Origin: Flectonema sp. DT1601
Lineage: Eukaryota
Length of the DNA: 64,000 nt
Direction: 5' to 3'
Assembly (NCBI GenBank): GCA_964019425.1
Contig: OZ025796.1
Span: forward strand, 1,302,001-1,366,000
Within the stretch, counting starts at the first letter, position 1, and the number at the start of each line of letters is the position of its first letter. The position numbers were made by a program, and so were the translations under genes. Under the pieces are notes generated by a model. The model saw only the letters and a program-made list of their open reading frames with translations. It ran no database searches and was not told where the DNA came from. Below are positions 57,661-64,000 of this stretch, piece after piece.

Positions 57661-60020
57661 ATGACGCTTCGACGTTCAGGGAGTGGCCTGGATATCGATT
57701 CACAAAAGAGAGTTGCTGATCTCACAGAACAAATGAGACAACTCATGGCTGACGAAGAACAGCACAGCGATGAGAGTGACGACAATAATACTGCGGAGGA
57801 GTTCTGGGAGTCTAATATTTGTAAACCGGATTTAATAAATATCGAAGACGCTGAGAAGAAAATTTTAGAAAAACAACTTCAGCAGACTGTTGCTAATCTC
57901 GGAGACACGAAAGACGACCTCCACTTTGCTGAACACAAATTACGTGAAGCAGAATCCAGAAACAAGACACTCATAACTCAACTACTCAGTGAGAGGGATA
58001 GAACTAATTCATATAATAAACAAGCGTTGACTGGGGCACAGAAATTTATGTTTCAAAAGAATTTGATGCTCCAAAGAAGAGCATTAAATAAAAAACACAA
58101 CAAAGCAGTTGAAGAACTCCACGAGAGAATTGAATCCCAAGAACAGTCGCTAATGTTTTCTCACGACACTCTACTGAACCCTCTTCCTGAATCAATGAAT
58201 TCAGCACCTCCAGCAGGTCCACATGAATATATGAGAGAATCAGAATCGTTTAAGGAACAACAGTACATTGAAGTTCATAAAGCTGTTGATACCTCTGCTG
58301 ATGATGAATACGCTGATATAAAAGCAACGCAATCACTATTCGAATCACAACTTACGAAACTTAGAAAAGACATCCGACCAGTTATGAAAGACTTCAAGGA
58401 CAGTACTGACAATAGTTTAATAAATATAGAAAGGATCTTATGGCCTCCTGTTGGTCGACATCCGAGACCAAAAGACGCGTTTTCGAGAGCTGCAAAGGCG
58501 CAGATGGCGAAGTCCAAAATGCTATTGGCTGACGGCTATCGTAGACTTAACAATGCTGTTCTATCATTCGTAGCTGAGGAGAAAACAGTAAAAGACTCAT
58601 GGACACGATCATATCAAGACACCGTTAGTAAATGTGACGTAGAAATTCAAACAGACATCCAAACTGGACCAACAGAAGAAGAATTACGACTCCAATCAGA
58701 CCTCGATATGATAAAAGACCGAATGAAAAAAATGAGAGAACAATCAATAAAGAAAGAAAGGACTGTTCAAACAGCTCTTGATAGGGTTAAGTTAAATCTT
58801 CAATACATCCAAGAAAAAGCTACAGAACTACACAAAGAGATGTACACAGCATTACATGCGTGTTTTAAACATAGATTTCGATGGATAGACAGACACGTTG
58901 ATCACTTCAGAGATGCATCTCAACAAAAAGACCTCCGTCGGAATCCCCAGGAAGTTAAATACAACCTCTCACTCGGATTAGTAGTAAGCAAAGACATCGA
59001 ACAGCTAAAACGATTTACAGAATACTTCACAAGAGATGACTTCTTCGGACTCGACATGACTTCGAAGTATGTTCCCCTTAATCATATTATTTATCGAGGT
59101 AGTTTGTTTAGAATAAAATATAAAATTAATAAAACAGGGACGCTCCAATTCCTGGATGCCCTCCATCATCCATAACATGGAAACCAGGAGGTAGAAAGAA
59201 CGTAAAAAGAAAGTCATCGATGAGTTCTTTAACGAGAGCTGCTGGTAGTGAAAAGGATTTGGAACATTCTCCGAGTCCTCCGAGGAAGATGACTGCGCCA
59301 GTTTGTTCTGATTCTGGAGTGTTGTCGCATGCGGAGTTGAGCATGAATAGTAATCTTCAGATTCTTGGAATTAATGAAGTAACAAGTTCTTCAACACTTC
59401 CAATTGTTCCACCGATAGCACCTCCAAAGATTCATGGATCCTCTCCTCGTAAAAGACATGAAGTAATTGATAACGAGCAAACTTTTGATATTCGTCACGT
59501 CAATCGACGTCGATCTGCAGCCATTACTCAAGAGGAGATTGCCCTCGTCGGGTCAGGAAATATCAACAGCCGTCGTCCTTCTATTGGAGGTGATTCATTA
59601 TGTACTGTTGAGAGTATTCAAACAGCTCCAATGGTGACTTCTGTTAAACAAATTGAAGAAAGAAGATCATCAATTGTCCCTCGACTTGAATTAAAAGGAT
59701 GCAACAGAAGTGTTAGTTCTGAACATCGACAATCTCCACATCCTCCTGGTGCTGGAAATAGTGGACGGTCACCATCTCCCAGGTCTGGGAGACCTCCGCG
59801 GTCTGCAGGTGGAAGTGGTCGAACCAGATCGCAGAGGCATTTAATTGCTTCGAAATCAACAATAGCTGAACCGCAGACTCAGACTGCTGAAGATGTAGCT
59901 AAGGCTGTTAGCAGTCTGTTAACGTATCCAATTAAAAATATGACAGGATGGTGTTCCCCTCCTAAACACAGTGTTGTAACTCAACCGGATGGTACTCACA
60001 CTCTCTCAAGTGGAAGATAA
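57661..60020 (+). CDS. Hypothetical coiled-coil protein with a Ser/Pro/Arg-rich tail, ~762 aa; exons 57661-59066, 59138-60020
   Basis: Phase-2 intron 59067-59137 (GTATGT...AAAACAG) joins ORFs 57661 and 59220 in frame. Confidence 0.8.
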
Positions 60021-63000
60021 TTATATTATCGTTTTGCCTGTTGGGAGATTTCTAGTTACCTCTTCCCATCTCATCCAAGTATTCAAAATCAAAAAATATA
60101 AATAACCTCACGGTGGCTGTCTATTAGAAGTTGAACTCGTCAACTATTAGCCAAGTGTGACTGCTATCAATAATAAGATTGAAGTGATGTCGAGTAGTTG
60201 TTTAGAATGAGAACAGAAATCACCACACGACCAAATCCTCTTCATTTTTGTTAATAAACTAACGGAGAAGGAAACTCATCATAATCTTCTGTTCTGAAAC
60301 GACTACGACGATGGCTGATCTTCTTCTTAAGTAAAAAGTGACCTTTACTGTTAAAGATATTTTATTCTGTACTAATTAGATATTACTGCACCTTATTAAG
60401 GTTGTAGTATCGGTCTCAGAGATTACTACCGAGAGACCCTACTAAGAGAGTCACTGTTTCGACTATTTTTCGTCGTCATTTTCCTTTAATATTTCTTTTT
60501 TATATAAAAAAAAAAAAAATAGAGGAAATATAACGACGCTATTTGAAATGACACTTTTGTGCCTCTTGTTGTGGAGTGCATTCAGTGTCGTTGCGGTTAT
60601 CCTTTCCTTCCCATAATTGAAATACTGTGACACTTCTTTACATAGCAACAACTAAGTTGATATTAATTTTTTTTTTTTTTTTTTTAAAATATCTAAAGTT
60701 GTTGCTGTTTTTTACGTTGTCAAAGTTTCACCCCTTTACATAGCAACCAGGTTTTGACCAGGTGCTTATTATTTTTATAACAGTTTCAAGTAGCTCCCGT
60801 GGTAACTAAGATGCGGTTCGTATGTTCAAAAGACGGGTTTCAATCTGTTTTAGAACTGTCCTTTATGTGAGTAATTGCCACATATAGAATTCTTTTTGAA
60901 TTAAACGAAACGACACTATTCACTAACTAGCAACCGGCGCAACATGAGCCCGGAAGCCTAAAGAGTTTTCGCGTTTCTTTTTTTAAAGAGGTTTTGGACA
61001 AAAAGCCTTTGTTTTGTTTCTTTTGCAAGTAGTTCTTTTGTTTTGGAAGACGTGTTTCTAAACATCTGTTCTGTTTTCATTGAAATGAAATGAATCAGTT
61101 CCCTCAGTAGTAAAAAAAAAAACTAGTTCGTTCTGAAAGTTAAAACAAACTATTTCAGTAGTCGAAGCCAACTTGTTTGTTGTCCTACGAAATTTTGCTT
61201 TTTTTTTTTTGATTGACTGATAATTATTAGTACTATCTAATAGTACATGTGATCTATTTCAGTAACTCTCTGCGAGTACGATTGTTGGCTTTTTGTTTAT
61301 TACCTTTGATTTAAGAAACTAGTTTTTTTTTTTTTTTTTTTTTTTAAATTTCTGTTTTGAAGTTTTTATAGTAAAAAGAGAAAAAAAAAAAAAAGTGAAA
61401 ATATTCATCACTTTATATATATGCGATTATTTACCGTCTGTTTTTGTTTTCTTTTTATTTTGTTGTTTCTTGCCTACTTACTTTCCTTGTCGTAGTGGAC
61501 TGCGTCTATCATTCTGGCGATGTCCTCTGTGGACGTAGGCTGAAAACCTCTCTGTGGTTGATTTCATCTTTTGTTTTACTAACTGTCGGAATTCGTTTCT
61601 TATCATCGGAGAATGTCTGCAACGGGTCTGTCTTATAGATAGGACTTAGTAATGTTCTCTTTTTGACATTTGAAAGGTTTTCACGCACCACCGCCCCTAG
61701 ATAAAATTTAGAAAAAAAAAAAACTGAAAAAATACTATTTTCTGATATAGAAGGACGTTCTTTTTTTTTTGAATTTTTTTTTTTATTTCCGTTGTTTGTT
61801 GTGTTTTGTTTTTTTCTTTGAGTTTCTATATTATTGAATTCCGCCTATTTATTTTATTTTATTTTTTTTCGTTGCCTTTCCCCACTTTAATTGAGGACCA
61901 GCCTGTACTCATCTTACGCGTTGATTTCGATTGTGTAGTTCAACAAAATTTCGTTTTTTTTTAAAGCACCCGCGTCATTGGGAGGTATTGGGGGGGGTTG
62001 ACTTCCCAATACCGATCCTCCGCAATAGAGATTAGCCGCAAGGATGCTTTTTATTCTTCTTCTTTTTTTCCCCTTTCTTTGATTAACAACTACAAATATT
62101 TTTTCAGTCAAGTACTTGATATTAATTTTGTTTTTTAATATCCTAAAGTTCGATCTATTCCGTTGGTTGGAGAGACCGATTACCCTTTTTTTTTGTTGTT
62201 GTTCGCAACAAAAAAAAAAGGGGGAGGGGAGATCCCAAATCTGATATTAGTGTTACAGGCGTGGTGAATGTTGTTATGTTGAGTGATAAAATATATATAG
62301 GGGGGTGGGTATTGGATTCCCTGACTTCGATAACTACTTCTATACTGATGATGAGTGAACTGAGCTGAGTTGTCGGAATAGTTCTTTTTCTAGTTTTCTT
62401 TTTACCTTTAAAAGAAAAGAAAGAAAAGAAATGAAATCCGTCAAAATGACGACATCTCTTTACAGTTTGTCGCTTATGCCGCAACAGCGTTTCTTTTTTT
62501 TTTTTTTTTTTTTTTTTTCAATCGAACTAATCTTGTTGTTGTCATCCCCCTGCGGGAATGATGACAGTTGACACAAAGAAAACCGAAAATGAGTTTTTTG
62601 TCTGGTTGTTGTGGAACTTTATGTTTTACTACTTTTCCTTTTTTTCTTTTCTTTTGTTCTCCCCCCCCTACTAAGTTTTATTTCGAATACTCCTTCCCGC
62701 ACAAAATTACATAACCTGCTGTGATTGTTGTGCGCACTCACCTTACGGTGGTTTCGTTCTTTAATTGTCGGTGTTCGTTTTCTACGTCCCGAATATTTCC
62801 CTTTTTTTTTAGTACAATACTTTTAGCAGCTCTTATGTGTGGTGATTGAAGAATCATAAATTATTAAGTCTCTTTTTTTTTTTTTTACAATTGCAAAAAG
62901 AAAATTGCCACACACGAATGGGAATGTTAATAAACAGGTGAGTGAGATGTTGATGTTTGTTTTATTTAGCTTACCTTCCTTTCACAGGTAGTGGTCTTCT

Positions 63001-63179
63001 ATCACATGGATGGAGTACGAGTGACCACTTTTAACAATCCATCTGTTTGGAAAGCAATGGTTGTTGTTGTTTAATCTAAAATACTTTACTACTTCTGTTT
63101 CAAATGAGTTTTTTTTTAAACTAGATTTTCAACTTGTCTTTAAATCCGTTGATTCTTACCAAGTGAATGTGATTCTCTT

Positions 63180-63700
63180 GTTTTAGTTGACTTTATTGGT
63201 CTTTTTCGTAACGTCGAATGTGTTGGAAATAATCTTCTTATTTAAGAACTGAATACTATTTCTTGTAGGGAACTGTATTTGAGTTCCTTTGTTAGCATTA
63301 AAGGAATCGATAACCATATTCTACATCAGTAGCTGTATTGGAATTATCAGCTTTTAGTAACTTCACAGGTGGTGTTGTCAGTCGTTCGATTCTATCTTTT
63401 GGATGTTTGTTTTTGGGAATTTTAAATCTGTTGGTTGTTGTTTTCTGTGTGATTGTTCACTTCTTACATCACTGGACTTGTCTCCGTTGACGATATTAAC
63501 CATGCGATGTGATGGATTTCGTTCTTCTCTTATTGAGTTGAATTTATCGGACTTGAACTTTTGTTACATCGGAGATTGCAGCTTTTTTTGAAAGGATGTT
63601 CATCCCTCACAACATTAGACCTTTCAGGTCTGAGTAGCTTAATATCTGTTGGAAATGGTTTCCTTCTCTCTGTTGTAAATCACTCACAGATGTTGACTCT
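63180..63700 (+). pseudogene. Decayed BspA-type LRR gene fragment, same family as 20147-22213
   Basis: Frameshifted or stop-interrupted pieces NVECVGNNLL, FKSVGCCFLCDCSLLTSLDLSPL, LTTLDLSGLSSLISVGNGFL. Boundaries approximate. Confidence 0.75.
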
Positions 63701-63811
63701 GAGAATTGTGAATTACTTTTTTTTTTTTTGAATTAGTTCCAAACTTTTTGTTTCTTATTTCTTTCTATTTTTCACTTCCCCAAAACAAGAATGGACTAAT
63801 AAATAAAAAAA

Positions 63812-64000
63812 ATGCTGAGCAAGCGACGTGCTCACAAAGACTCCAAACCAGATGACGTCAGCATCCAAATAACAGCTCACGAGAAGAAATTAAAAAAGAG
63901 TAAACGATGGAGGTACGGATTATACGCGGCACTAATTATGATAATTTTAATATTCGCTGAAGACGCGAGACAGTTATTTATTAGAGTTCAGAGAATAGCT
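63812..64000 (+). CDS. 5' part of a probable type II membrane protein (runs off the window)
   Basis: MLSKRRAHKD...KKSKRWRYGLYAALIMIILIFAEDA..., open to the window end. Confidence 0.6.
   Translation, partial: MLSKRRAHKDSKPDDVSIQITAHEKKLKKSKRWRYGLYAALIMIILIFAEDARQLFIRVQRIA

Noticed and set aside
13098..59344. Minus-strand ORFs overlapping long + strand genes (e.g. 13098-13649, 38979-39464, 49735-50680, 58275-58517)
   Set aside because: Antisense shadows of well-supported genes; no independent motifs.
3189..60020. Non-standard genetic code or stop readthrough
   Set aside because: All ORF breaks are explained by GT-AG introns; TAA, TAG and TGA all occur as terminators at expected protein ends.

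Overview
AT-rich eukaryotic (protist) genomic DNA. All ~28 gene models I can support lie head-to-tail on the + strand, and many carry short GT-AG introns. This layout, plus a type-2 IPP isomerase, suggests a polycistronically transcribed, trans-splicing euglenozoan such as a diplonemid (inference only). Most short ORFs in the supplied track are artefacts of poly-A/poly-T tracts or antisense shadows. Genes in order: PARP-like/B-box/coiled-coil/MATH protein; a weakly supported small ORF; TM beta-propeller protein; two calcineurin B copies; cNMP-binding protein; pseudo-GTPase-WW-coiled-coil protein; 2-TM protein; UBL-BspA-type LRR protein; prohibitin; ankyrin-CaaX protein; RING protein; an 8-copy tandem array of a 94-95 aa Cys/His (B-box-like) microprotein, one copy carrying a ~1.4 kb intron insertion with a tRNA-like element; alpha-SNAP-like protein; UBL protein; IDI2; a SAC9-like phosphatase with a complete PTEN module inserted inside its SAC domain; two related TM-PDZ mosaic proteins; a PH-AGC kinase; a coiled-coil protein; an LRR pseudogene; and a partial gene at the right edge. 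The most notable observations are: (1) a strong compositional split between cis-intron acceptors (A/C-rich, no pyrimidine tract) and putative trans-splice acceptors (pyrimidine-rich), (2) the PTEN-in-SAC nested phosphatase, and (3) the homogenised microprotein array with unrelated spacers. Exon/intron boundaries were derived by eye and checked for reading-frame consistency, not against transcripts.
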